DNA of 64,000 nucleotides from Mytilus edulis (Eukaryota), in assembly GCF_963676685.1 (NCBI RefSeq), contig NC_092349.1, positions 46,748,001 through 46,812,000 of the forward strand, read 5' to 3'. A program made the translations under genes and the position numbers. Within the stretch, counting starts at the first letter, position 1; the number at the start of each line of letters is the position of its first letter. Shown one piece after another: positions 39,161 through 50,400 of the stretch. The notes below the pieces were generated by a model. It was not told where the DNA came from. It searched no databases and worked only from the letters and a program-made list of their open reading frames with translations.

Positions 39161-40408
39161 ATGGCCGGAGGAGCTACAAAGAAGACTAACGAAACAGAAA
39201 GACTTCTTGGGGAGATACTTAATAAGCTAAGTATATCAGTTACAAAGATAGACTTCCATACTTCAATTCTTAAAGATATGGAAAAAAACTCATCTGATTT
39301 ACGACCAATACAAGAGGCGTTAAATTCAGAAATAAGAAACTTGTCCGATACAATTGCCGTTATACCTCAAACAACTAGGCAAATTCCCGTAGATGAACTA
39401 CTTTCTACCCCAGAATGGATAAGTAATCTAAATGATGCTAATTTAGAAAAAGAAGCATTCCGTAAAAGAAAGGAAATCTCAAAATTATGGAGCAGAAATT
39501 TAAACGACCGAAAACAAAATTTCTGGAATGCTTACAAATGCGAAAAATACGCAGAGGTTTATTCACGATGGATAACCATGGATTCACCCATTTTTCCAAG
39601 AAAATTTCTGATTAAAGAAATTGAAGCCGAACCAATCGAAGACACGAAACTTCGTTGGGATTTGGCAATTCAACAATTTCAAACAGAAATTTCAATTATC
39701 TTAAATAAACAAACTCGCTACACTGAGAAATACAACGCAATTGATGCTGAAATGGTGGCAGGAATACAAAAGATATCAACGGAAAGAATAGCTGAAAAGC
39801 TTAAGGAAATTTGGACACGTGATATTTTCAAAGAAGAGGAAAAATCCCGTAATTTATGGCATAAGAAGCAAGAATTCTTAGAAAATTACATAAAAAATTA
39901 CGGTAAAGAGCAGTCTTTTGAAGATAATCGTAAACCAAATAAATACAAGAAACGGCAACAACGATCAAAACTTCAAACTGGTCAAAATACCAGAAGACAA
40001 CCAAGTGGACAAAAGAAGATAACCAATCGCAGACGCTCAAGTTCGACAGCCAGAAAAAATACTGCGACAAACATTTCAAGAAGGCAAAGTCGGTCAGTGT
40101 CGACAAAAGGAGAACGAAAATCATATGCGGAAGTTGTTCGCAATGCTTCGTCTCAAAAACGTCGGACAGCGAATCCGCAGTCAGCTGGTAGAGGAAACTA
40201 CCAACAAAATCGCCGTTCAAGAAATAAATCAGTGAACCGATCCCGTATCAATAAGAATAACGTTCAAAACAACCGGCAAAATTATGTAAATTATGTAAAA
40301 ACTAATCAGCGCCAGAATCAAGAAAAACGTATTCATTTTTTAGTGTCGGGCCAAATAACTCCCGAGAGGGAGAAAAATCCAGAAGAAACCAGTCTAAAAC
40401 ATGCCTAA
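39161..40408 (+). CDS. Penelope ORF1: helical/coiled-coil N-terminus and very basic R/K/N/S-rich C-terminus, 415 aa
   Basis: ATG in CAACATGG context 20 nt after the pLTR; uninterrupted ORF. Confidence 0.8.
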   Translation: MAGGATKKTNETERLLGEILNKLSISVTKIDFHTSILKDMEKNSSDLRPIQEALNSEIRNLSDTIAVIPQTTRQIPVDELLSTPEWISNLNDANLEKEAFRKRKEISKLWSRNLNDRKQNFWNAYKCEKYAEVYSRWITMDSPIFPRKFLIKEIEAEPIEDTKLRWDLAIQQFQTEISIILNKQTRYTEKYNAIDAEMVAGIQKISTERIAEKLKEIWTRDIFKEEEKSRNLWHKKQEFLENYIKNYGKEQSFEDNRKPNKYKKRQQRSKLQTGQNTRRQPSGQKKITNRRRSSSTARKNTATNISRRQSRSVSTKGERKSYAEVVRNASSQKRRTANPQSAGRGNYQQNRRSRNKSVNRSRINKNNVQNNRQNYVNYVKTNQRQNQEKRIHFLVSGQITPEREKNPEETSLKHA

Positions 40409-42663
40409 AAGTCGATCCAAAAATTATAAATTTGTCCAACAGAGTATTTAATGACAATGAACTGAAATTGCTTAAAAGGGGTTTAAAATTTACACCAACT
40501 CCCTCTGTGGATCATGATGAACTTAAAGCAGACATGTTGAAATTTTGTCGAAGATTGAGACTCACTGAATATTTCGCGGATAAAGAAAGTGAGGAGGACG
40601 ACTCGTTAGTAAGAAACAAATCTACCTTTATTCCAAATACCGGAAGAAACAAGTGTTTAGATGACTATATCGAAAATTTGTCCAACTACCCACTTACACC
40701 AATTAAAGTCAACCACAACTTAACTAAAGGCGAAAAGTCAGCACTCCAAAATCTAAGAAACGATAAAAGCATAGTAATTAAGCAGGCCGATAAAGGTGGG
40801 GCAATAGTAATAATGGATTCAGACTACTATAGAATTAAAGTTGAAGAACAACTCAATGATTCGACATTTTACTCAGAAATTCCTGATAATATAGATCATC
40901 TAGTCAAGAGAAGAATGAATACCGTACTGAACAAATACACAACGGCCACTACGGAAAAAGAGTATGATTACTTGAAAAATTTCGAAAGGAAAACGAGTAA
41001 CTTTTATGGCCTTCCAAAAATCCATAAATCAAAGGAGATCCAATCGGCTATTAATTCTCAGCAAAACGAATACATAAAAGTGCAAAAACCGACGGATCTT
41101 AAACTTAGACCCATCATTGCAGGTCCAGCAAGTCCCACTCACAGACTAAGCAACTTTTTAGACATAATTTTGAAACCATTGTGTAAATATGTACCGAGCT
41201 ATATAAGAGACGATATAGATTTTCTCTCACACCTGCCAAAAATAGCACCGGTTCACGCTCGTTTAGTAAGCTTCGATGTCACAAGCCTATATACGAACAT
41301 TCCACACGATTTAGGAATAGAGGCAATACAATATTGGGTTGCAAAACATCGAGATGCAATACCAAATCGATTCACTGTTGACTTTATATACTCGATTCTA
41401 CTAAACTAATTCTTGAAAACAATTCTTTCTATTTCAATGGCAAGAACTATTTGCAACATCGGGGGACAGCAATGGGAACAAAATTTGCACCAACCTATGC
41501 AACATTAGTCATGGGCTTCCTTGAACAAAGACTGTATCAAGAAGTTGAAAATAATTTTGGAGTTGAATTTGCAAGAGAATTCGAATTATCATGGAAAAGA
41601 TACCTTGATGATTGCTTCATTATCTGGAACAAATCCGACGAAGAACTCCAACTATTTTCGGACATACTAAATAACCTTCATACCTCCATAAAATTTACGA
41701 AGGATGAAAATTTTAACCAATTACCGTTTCTAGACATTCTTGTTATTAAAGATGGCACTGAAATTAAAACCGATATTTTTTACAAAGGTACTGATACTCA
41801 TCAGTATTTAGATTTTAATTCGTGCCACCCATCTCATACCAAAAGGAATATCCCCTATTGTTTAGCAAGAAAAATATGTACAGTAGTCGAGGATGAACAT
41901 TTGAGAGAAGACCGTCTAGAGGAACTACAATCATTTTTGATCAAGCAAAACTATCCAGAGACTTTAATAGAAAGGGGAATTCAAATGGCAAAACAGATCC
42001 CAACCAACCAACTACGCTCCACCTGCGAGGAGCAGAGTAATAACAACGATAAAATACCGTTCGTTATTACACATAATCCCCGGAACTTTAAAATTATTCC
42101 CGTTGCAAAGGCAAATTTACCTATTCTTGATCAGGATGAAAAGATGCGCCGTTTAATTAATACAGAAACACTTCTACAAAGTAAACGGCAACCACAAAAC
42201 CTTAAACGACTATTGACCCGAGCACGATTCGACCAACAAAGAACATTCAGTGTGTCAAAATGTCGAGATAGTCGTTGTGGAGCATGTCCGTATATCCATG
42301 TCGGCAAGGGAATGGACATACCTAATTGGTCTATCACTTTTTACCAACGAAGACATTACCTGTAAATCCGAGAACTTAATTTATTGCATTAAATGTAATG
42401 GTTGCCAGGAAATTTATATCGGCCAAACAGGGAACAGTGTAACAGAAAGAGTGCGCATTCATAGACAACATATAAGGCAGCCACAATACAGAAAAATCCC
42501 CCTAAGCAAACATTTAGACGAATGTGGAGGGGGATTTTTTAAAATATTTCCATTTTATAAAATGAATATGGGTTGTGACATTACACGAGAAGTAAAGGAA
42601 AAACATTTTATTTCAAAATTTAAATCACGATTGAATGCAAACTATGCATTTTCTATTGTGTAA
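40336..42663 (+). CDS. Penelope RT + GIY-YIG endonuclease (starts in the -1 frame relative to ORF1; two internal indels)
   Basis: The frame is open across the ORF1 overlap (...FSVGPNNSREGEKS...PKIINLSN). Removing 2 nt at 41385-41390 and 1 nt at 42308-42310 joins the three ORF-track pieces into one RT-EN frame. Confidence 0.9.
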
Positions 42664-42919
42664 TAATGACGCTCCATACTTCTATATATAGACTAAGTGT
42701 CATACGATTTATCTCCCTTTATATACTCAACGACAACTATGACGTTACATACCTACCGTTACATAGTTACGTTAATCATGTATAGTTTCACCTGAAGATT
42801 GTTATTTAAACATGAAAGTACTAGTGAATTAAAACTATTCATACCGGAAATGTTGAATTTTTAGTAATCTATATATATTTCTATACACAAGAACATTTAT
42901 TATAGTGATCTTTATATAT
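42560..42919 (+). repeat. 3' pseudo-LTR followed by (TA)n
   Basis: Direct repeat of 38782-39141 at offset 3778. Confidence 0.93.
42787..42828 (+). ncRNA. Type I hammerhead ribozyme in the 3' pLTR
   Basis: Identical to 39009-39050. Confidence 0.8.
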
Positions 42920-43629
42920 ATATATATATATATATATCTATTACAAAATTAAAGAGTATTAAACAGATTGTGACAAATCATAATACGACGATCTATGCCG
43001 CGTGTTAAAACAACCTTATTGTTCATAACATTACTATTTCGTGAAAAAGTAAATTTACGACAAATGACCAAATAAATGAGTTAGATATAAATATTAATAC
43101 ACGAGTTCTGATTCCTTGACTGTTGAACTTTGATCTTTAGAATTTACACAACTTACCATTGTTAAAAATTCCACATATTAAACTTACATCCCTTCGTTAC
43201 CGTTTATCTACATATTTGTGACCAGATCTAAAATGACTTTTGCATACGATAAATAAAACAAATCTTCCTATACACACTTTTCCAATGTCATTGCATTACT
43301 TGTAGCTGTTTATCGCTTCCATTAATATTACAAATTTAAAAAAAAATTCGCATGGATGATAATTTGTCTCACAATATATCTATCTGACCTTCTGTGTTTA
43401 TCTAACATTATAAGGTATTATGAAACTATCTTTCCTTGACAAAATATTGTCCTGACATCCCTGTGTTAACCAGTTATATGTATTAAGTGTACAGACCATT
43501 GTTGACCTCTTACATTAGTAAGTACCCACCTGGTAAAGCAGAGACATGTTTCTAGACAAGCCTTCCTAATGATAATAAAATCAAAGTAAGTTTCATAATA
43601 ACAGTCTTAGTACTTTAACTACAAATTAC

Positions 43630-43861
43630 CTCTAACATTCGGTGGTATTGGATCCTGTTGAGATGCTTTTATTATTTTCATTTCTCTTCTCATAATAGTA
43701 TGTGAGCGTTTCATTCTTTTAAATGATTTTTTTATATCCTTGATTTCATCATTAGAACGTTTGATGCCCCTTATTATTTCTTGGTTGGTTTGATCTAGGA
43801 ATTTAGTTTTCAGCTGATCACATTCCTGCTTCATTGGCTGCCCACCTATTCTTTCAATGGC
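43630..43861 (-). CDS. Coding exon 3 of the HEPN-STAND-ankyrin gene (end of HEPN region plus coiled coil)
   Basis: Acceptor ttaacag, phase 0; AIERIGGQPMKQECDQLKTKFLDQTN...PIPPNVR; phase-1 donor G|GTAAT; 232 nt. Confidence 0.8.
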
Positions 43862-44139
43862 CTGTTAAATACACAGAGAATAATGGCATTTTGTCTTTGA
43901 TATAACATATGAATCTAATCATCAAGTTCATAGTTAAGTGACGTCATTGCATAATATTTAAGTAGCATGTCTGTGTGAATGATCGACCAAAGTCCGTTTT
44001 CAAAGACAAAGAGGCTGTGAAATGTCTATCATATCTTCACATTAAGCATGGTGTTGTTCCTGGGGAAAAAAGCTTCAAATAACATTGTTTTGTGAGTAAA
44101 TCGCACTACTACAAGTATCTTAGTTGTAAACGAATTAGG

Positions 44140-44945
44140 AATAGATGAGCACTCAGATAATCCCACATATATAAATGATGAGATTTTTGAGAATCATAAG
44201 TCCGTCATGGCATCAATGAACATTAAATTGAACAACAAATCGGAGGACTCACATTGTTTGTAATGGATAATTAAGCTTTACGAAATTCAATTACGGTACA
44301 TTGTTGTCACATCTACATGTTCAACTAAAAAAATGTCCTTTAGATTGACTACAATTTTGTCTGCAGTGAAAGAGGGTCTTCATAAATATTGTGAAACTGT
44401 TTACTTGTGTAGTGGTATTAACCATATGTGGATTAAAATATATACTTTAAAGAACTTCTGGATAATTTTCCTTAAATGAAAAAAATCTTTTTCAATCCGG
44501 TATACCAGCATTCCACATTTTAAATTGAAAAGTCTTTTAAATAAAAAGTCCACAATGCTTATCAACATACAAATGGTAGCATACACTTTAAATTTATCAA
44601 CTTTGGATATCACACGGCATATTTTATTAATAGTGAATAAAAAGTTGAAACATGATACACAGAGGAACAAGTAATCAGTATGCTGGAGTTCATTATTGAC
44701 AATATATGTGTTGATAGTACCAAAAAGAGAAACAATAATCACGGCTTCTCCTGCCTCATTTTGATCCCTTATACCTTGAATTTGACATACGCAGTCATCT
44801 CAGAGTACAAGAAACTATGACAAACGAGACGATTGCAATTTTGAAATTATCAATGTCCACACCCTAGTAGCCATATACCGACTTATCCTGTTTATGGGAT
44901 ATATATTTCCATACTAATTCAGTATTAAAGAGCTGGCAGCTTTGT
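44140..44945 (+). mobile_element. Highly degenerate Penelope-like RT fragment
   Basis: Reads STCSTKKMSFRLTTILSAVKEGLHKYCETVY..SGINHMWI and later EFIIDNIC; resembles 31720-32320. Confidence 0.55.
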
Positions 44946-45957
44946 AAAAATGTCTGAGCATCAAGTGGATGTTTTTAGTAAGTTTTGCCATTACGTGTGT
45001 CTTTATTTCGTTAAGATTTTTATGAATTGATATTTTGCAAGTTAATATGTCCATATTTTGTCATATTTTATTAACTTCGAATTTTCATAATTTACATTGG
45101 ACATTGGTATCAGTGTTCATAGTTTTCACAAGTTACAATACAATATAAAAAAAATGGTTTCCTTGCTATTTCTTTAAAACAAAAGGAAAACAACAAAATA
45201 CCGAACCCCAAGGCAATCTTAAACAAAAAGTCTCCACCAAACGGAACAATCAACAACTAAGAAGTACATGATAATTTGTGCTGTCAAATAAAGAAACACA
45301 AATAATAATTAAAAAAAATCATTTGGTTTAAATTGTGTTACTTTTTCATCCAGTAAACAAAAATGAAAGTTATAAATTCAAAAGTCATAGGATGGCAATA
45401 ACAACAATAGGGTAAATTTTGAAAACTAAGGCAATGGACTCAAGCGAATATTACGTATTTTTCTCGTTTACAAAATACTTATCAGTGACAATCGAAGCAA
45501 AACGTTAAAAATGCCAAATAAAGTACGAAACTGATAAGCAGTGAGAACCCATCATTTAAAAGAAAAATCGGTTCAAATCAAGCATAATTGATGAGTCTCA
45601 TGCAGACGAAACTCGTTGCTCGCTGACCAATCCATAACCCTAGTATCATAGATGAATTTTCTGCTTGTTTATATGTTGAGATTTTTTCATGAGGAAAGAC
45701 GATTTACTAGTTCAAACGGTGTTATGTCCTTAATTAACTTCCAAAATATGTCTTAATATGTATCATATGTAAATATCAACAGAAAATATTATTGAAAACA
45801 GTCACTTTATTTTCACAAATTAAAAACGTGTAGGAAATATCATTATTATGTGTTTAAAGCACATTAAACCAATAATATTAATATTTTTTGAATTACAGTG
45901 CCAAATGATGTTAACTTGGTGATTTAACATCAGCTGAAGGAAACTTAATAAACTTAC

Positions 45958-46187
45958 TCCAGTTATATCAGTCCAGGCTGTGTTGAAGAAAGTATCGTCT
46001 AGTTTACCATTATCCGTATGGGACAAATAATTCCTGTAGTGTTTTATTCTTGCTAAATCTGCTGATTGTGTTGTCTCTGCTGCATTAGGTAAACTGTCAA
46101 AGCCATAAACGGGAGGGTTCATTGAAGTCAAGTTCCTCAATAATGTTATCATCAGTGTCACATCAAAAGTTTTAGAATCTGGAACAT
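45958..46187 (-). CDS. Coding exon 2: DZIP3-type HEPN domain with RxxxxH motif
   Basis: Acceptor ttactag, phase 1; DVPDSKTFDVTLMITLLRNL...ADLARIKHYRNYLSH; donor GGA|GTAAG; 230 nt. Confidence 0.87.
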
Positions 46188-46886
46188 CTAGTAAATACAT
46201 CAGATAAAATTATAAGCGATACAAAGATAGGACAAAAGTTTATTCATCTCCATTGAAACGAATGATAAATAGGTGAATCATCTAATGAATTATATGTTAA
46301 TTTAAGACAACAGTAGTTTACCTTTGTTCAAATTCATTGATAAAATCTGGTACATGCCTTAACAGAGATTGAAAAAAATATGACTTGAACTTGCTTTTCA
46401 AATGTTGATTATGTTACACCACGGTTGGTAAGTGATGAGGAAAGCATATGTAACTTATATTTTCTTTTATCCTTGGTCTTTGATTGATAAACGTCTCATA
46501 AGCAGTAATGCCACATGTTGCCAGTTTCTTAGTGTATTTCTTGCATAAATATTCAAGTATAGCTAGTATAATTAAAGACTTTTGAAGATTCTTAAAAGAT
46601 TTTAGCAAAAAGTGGAAATTAAACAAATACAAAAAAACCAAACAAAAGCCTTACAAATAGAAAATTCCGAAGGCTTGCGATACCATTGGAATGGAAATGT
46701 TCAAATCAGAGACGAATTAAGCCATGACTAATATACGCAATCAATATATTTTTAAATTCATTTTTGTAAATGGGTTCATCTATATACAGAGAGTGATAAG
46801 ATATATATTTCAAAATTGATATGTCTAGCTTGTGACAGGGATTTTTTCGGAATCTGAGGCAAGAGATTGTTAAATTTGAAACTCAC

Positions 46887-47103
46887 CAGGACGTCTTGGA
46901 AACAGGAGGTTCCACTGTGAGTGGTTGATTCGCCGTTTCTTTTGCATGTCACGCAGTTTGTTATACTCTTTATTCAGTGAGACATCTAAACTTGCTGGAG
47001 CAAATTCATTATCAAAACACTTCCTCACTGCACGTGGAGCAATTCCAGTTAGTAACAAACTCATTCGAACGTAATATTCTTCATCTTGAGAAATGGATTC
47101 CAT
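46887..47103 (-). CDS. Coding exon 1 of the HEPN-STAND-ankyrin gene
   Basis: MESISQDEEYYVRMSLLLTGIAPRAVR...QWNLLFP; donor G|GTGAG; upstream acceptor ttttttcag at 47247-47248. Confidence 0.85.
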
Positions 47104-47453
47104 TCTGACGGATTGAATCAGGATTCAAACTCTGATGATCTTTGATAGTTATATGATAATGGTCACTATTTTGAAATAGATATCAAACTAGACATTTGTA
47201 ATTCGTATGAAGAGGAAAATAACCATCTTAAAATCTGCTTTGTCTCCTGAAAAAAAATTGATAGTATGCCATTAAAGAAACTTGATTAAACTAGCTAGAT
47301 TTGTATTACATTTACCATTGGCAAAATTTTTTAGTTAAAAACTATTAAAAGTTAAAAAGGATTTTATAAGATTGAATAAATTGGCCTTTTAAAACTCTAT
47401 TAAATAAAATTAAAAAAGAAAAGGGGATTACGGGTCGAAATTGTTTGATGATA

Positions 47454-50400
47454 CTTCGGACGCAAGAAATTAATAACGTGTTGTTTTCAATATTTTACAT
47501 CACTGGGTCGATACCTCTGCTGGTGGACTATCAGTCCCCGAGGGTATCATCAGCTCGGTAGTCAGTATTTCGGTACTGACATGATTTAACAAACTTTACT
47601 AAAATTGTCCGTTTATAAATTTATAAATTATTAAGAAACTAAGGTTTCAACTCCCTCAGGCAAAGTTGGCTTTAGATTAATTTGGCTAATTATTTTAGGT
47701 ATTTTTTGACATTCAGCTCTTCAACGGTTTCGGTACTTATACATCTTCGGATTTCAAATGTTTGGCTTTGAGCGTTCCTGATGAAGGTAAATCCAGAAAA
47801 GCGCTTCGGACGCAAGAAATTAATAACGTGTTGTTTTCAATATTTTACATCACTGGGTCGATACCTCTGCTGGTGGACTATCAGTCCCCGAGGGTATCAT
47901 CAGCTCGGTAGTCAGTATTTCGGTACTGACATGATTTAACAAACTTTACTAAAATTGTCCGTTTATAAATTTATAAATTATTAAGAAACTAAGGTTTCAA
48001 CTCCCTCAGGCAAAGTTGGCTTTAGATTAATTTGGCTAATTATTTTAGGTATTTTTTGACATTCAGCTCTTCAACGGTTTCGGTACTTATACATCTTCGG
48101 ATTTCAAATGTTTGGCTTTGAGCGTTCCTGATGAAGGTAAATCCAGAAAAGCGCTTCGGACGCAAGAAATTAATAACGTGTTGTTTTCAATATTTTACAT
48201 CACTGGGTCGATACCTCTGCTGGTGGACTATCAGTCCCCGAGGGTATCATCAGCTCGGTAGTCAGTATTTCGGTACTGACATGATTTAACAAACTTTACT
48301 AAAATTGTCCGTTTATAAATTTATAAATTATTAAGAAACTAAGGTTTCAACTCCCTCAGGCAAAGTTGGCTTTAGATTAATTTGGCTAATTATTTTAGGT
48401 ATTTTTTGACATTCAGCTCTTCAACGGTTTCGGTACTTATACATCTTCGGATTTCAAATGTTTGGCTTTGAGCGTTCCTGATGAAGGTAAATCCAGAAAA
48501 GCGCTTCGGACGCAAGAAATTAATAACGTGTTGTTTTCAATATTTTACATCACTGGGTCGATACCTCTGCTGGTGGACTATCAGTCCCCGAGGGTATCAT
48601 CAGCTCGGTAGTCAGTATTTCGGTACTGACATGATTTAACAAACTTTACTAAAATTGTCCGTTTATAAATTTATAAATTATTAAGAAACTAAGGTTTCAA
48701 CTCCCTCAGGCAAAGTTGGCTTTAGATTAATTTGGCTAATTATTTTAGGTATTTTTTGACATTCAGCTCTTCAACGGTTTCGGTACTTATACATCTTCGG
48801 ATTTCAAATGTTTGGCTTTGAGCGTTCCTGATGAAGGTAAATCCAGAAAAGCGCTTCGGACGCAAGAAATTAATAACGTGTTGTTTTCAATATTTTACAT
48901 CACTGGGTCGATACCTCTGCTGGTGGACTATCAGTCCCCGAGGGTATCATCAGCTCGGTAGTCAGTATTTCGGTACTGACATGATTTAACAAACTTTACT
49001 AAAATTGTCCGTTTATAAATTTATAAATTATTAAGAAACTAAGGTTTCAACTCCCTCAGGCAAAGTTGGCTTTAGATTAATTTGGCTAATTATTTTAGGT
49101 ATTTTTTGACATTCAGCTCTTCAACGGTTTCGGTACTTATACATCTTCGGATTTCAAATGTTTGGCTTTGAGCGTTCCTGATGAAGGTAAATCCAGCAAA
49201 AGCGCTTCGGACGCAAGAAATTAATAACGTGTTGTTTTCGGACGCAAGAAATTAATAACGTGTTGTTTTCAATATTTTACATCACTGGGTCGATACCTCT
49301 GCTGGTGGACTATCAGTCCCCGAGGGTATCATCAGCTCGGTAGTCAGTATTTCGGTACTGACATGATTTAACAAACTTTACTAAAATTGTCCGTTTATAA
49401 ATTTATAAATTATTAAGAAACTAAGGTTTCAACTCCCTCAGGCAAAGTTGGCTTTAGATTAATTTGGCTAATTATTTTAGGTATTTTTTGACATTCAGCT
49501 CTTCAACGGTTTCGGTACTTATACATCTTCGGATTTCAAATGTTTGGCTTTGAGCGTTCCTGATGAAGGTAAATCCAGCAAAAGCGCTTCGGACGCAAGA
49601 AATTAATAACGTGTTGTTTTCAATATTTTACATCACTGGGTCGATACCTCTGCTGGTGGACTATCAGTCCCCGAGGGTATCATCAGCTCGGTAGTCAGTA
49701 TTTCGGTACTGACATGATTTAACAAACTTTACTAAAATTGTCCGTTTATAAATTTATAAATTATTAAGAAACTAAGGTTTCAACTCCCTCAGGCAAAGTT
49801 GGCTTTAGATTAATTTGGCTAATTATTTTAGGTATTTTTTGACATTCAGCTCTTCAACGGTTTCGGTACTTATACATCTTCGGATTTCAAATGTTTGGCT
49901 TTGAGCGTTCCTGATGAAGGTAAATCCAGAAAAGCGCTTCGGACGCAAGAAATTAATAACGTGTTGTTTTCAATATTTTACATCACTGGGTCGATACCTC
50001 TGCTGGTGGACTATCAGTCCCCGAGGGTATCATCAGCTCGGTAGTCAGTATTTCGGTACTGACATGATTTAACAAACTTTACTAAAATTGTCCGTTTATA
50101 AATTTATAAATTATTAAGAAACTAAGGTTTCAACTCCCTCAGGCAAAGTTGGCTTTAGATTAATTTGGCTAATTATTTTAGGTATTTTTTGACATTCAGC
50201 TCTTCAACGGTTTCGGTACTTATACATCTTCGGATTTCAAATGTTTGGCTTTGAGCGTTCCTGATGAAGGTAAATCCAGAAAAGCGCTTCGGACGCAAGA
50301 AATTAATAACGTGTTGTTTTCAATATTTTACATCACTGGGTCGATACCTCTGCTGGTGGACTATCAGTCCCCGAGGGTATCATCAGCTCGGTAGTCAGTA

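Larger units (their letters stand above)
38782..42937 (+). mobile_element. Penelope-like retroelement (Neptune-like), full length, young
   Basis: 360-bp direct repeats with one mismatch; ORF1; RT (KQADKG, FYGLPKIHK, RPII, FDVTSLYTNI, GTAMG, RYLDD); Cys-rich linker CRDSRCGAC; GIY-YIG endonuclease (LIYCIKCNGCQEIYIGQT); (TA)n tail. Lies antisense in intron 36941-43629 of the HEPN-STAND gene. Confidence 0.95.

Noticed and set aside
38782-42919. LTR retrotransposon
   Set aside because: Repeats lack TG...CA ends and include endonuclease codons; no protease, RNase H or integrase; RT plus GIY-YIG is Penelope-type.
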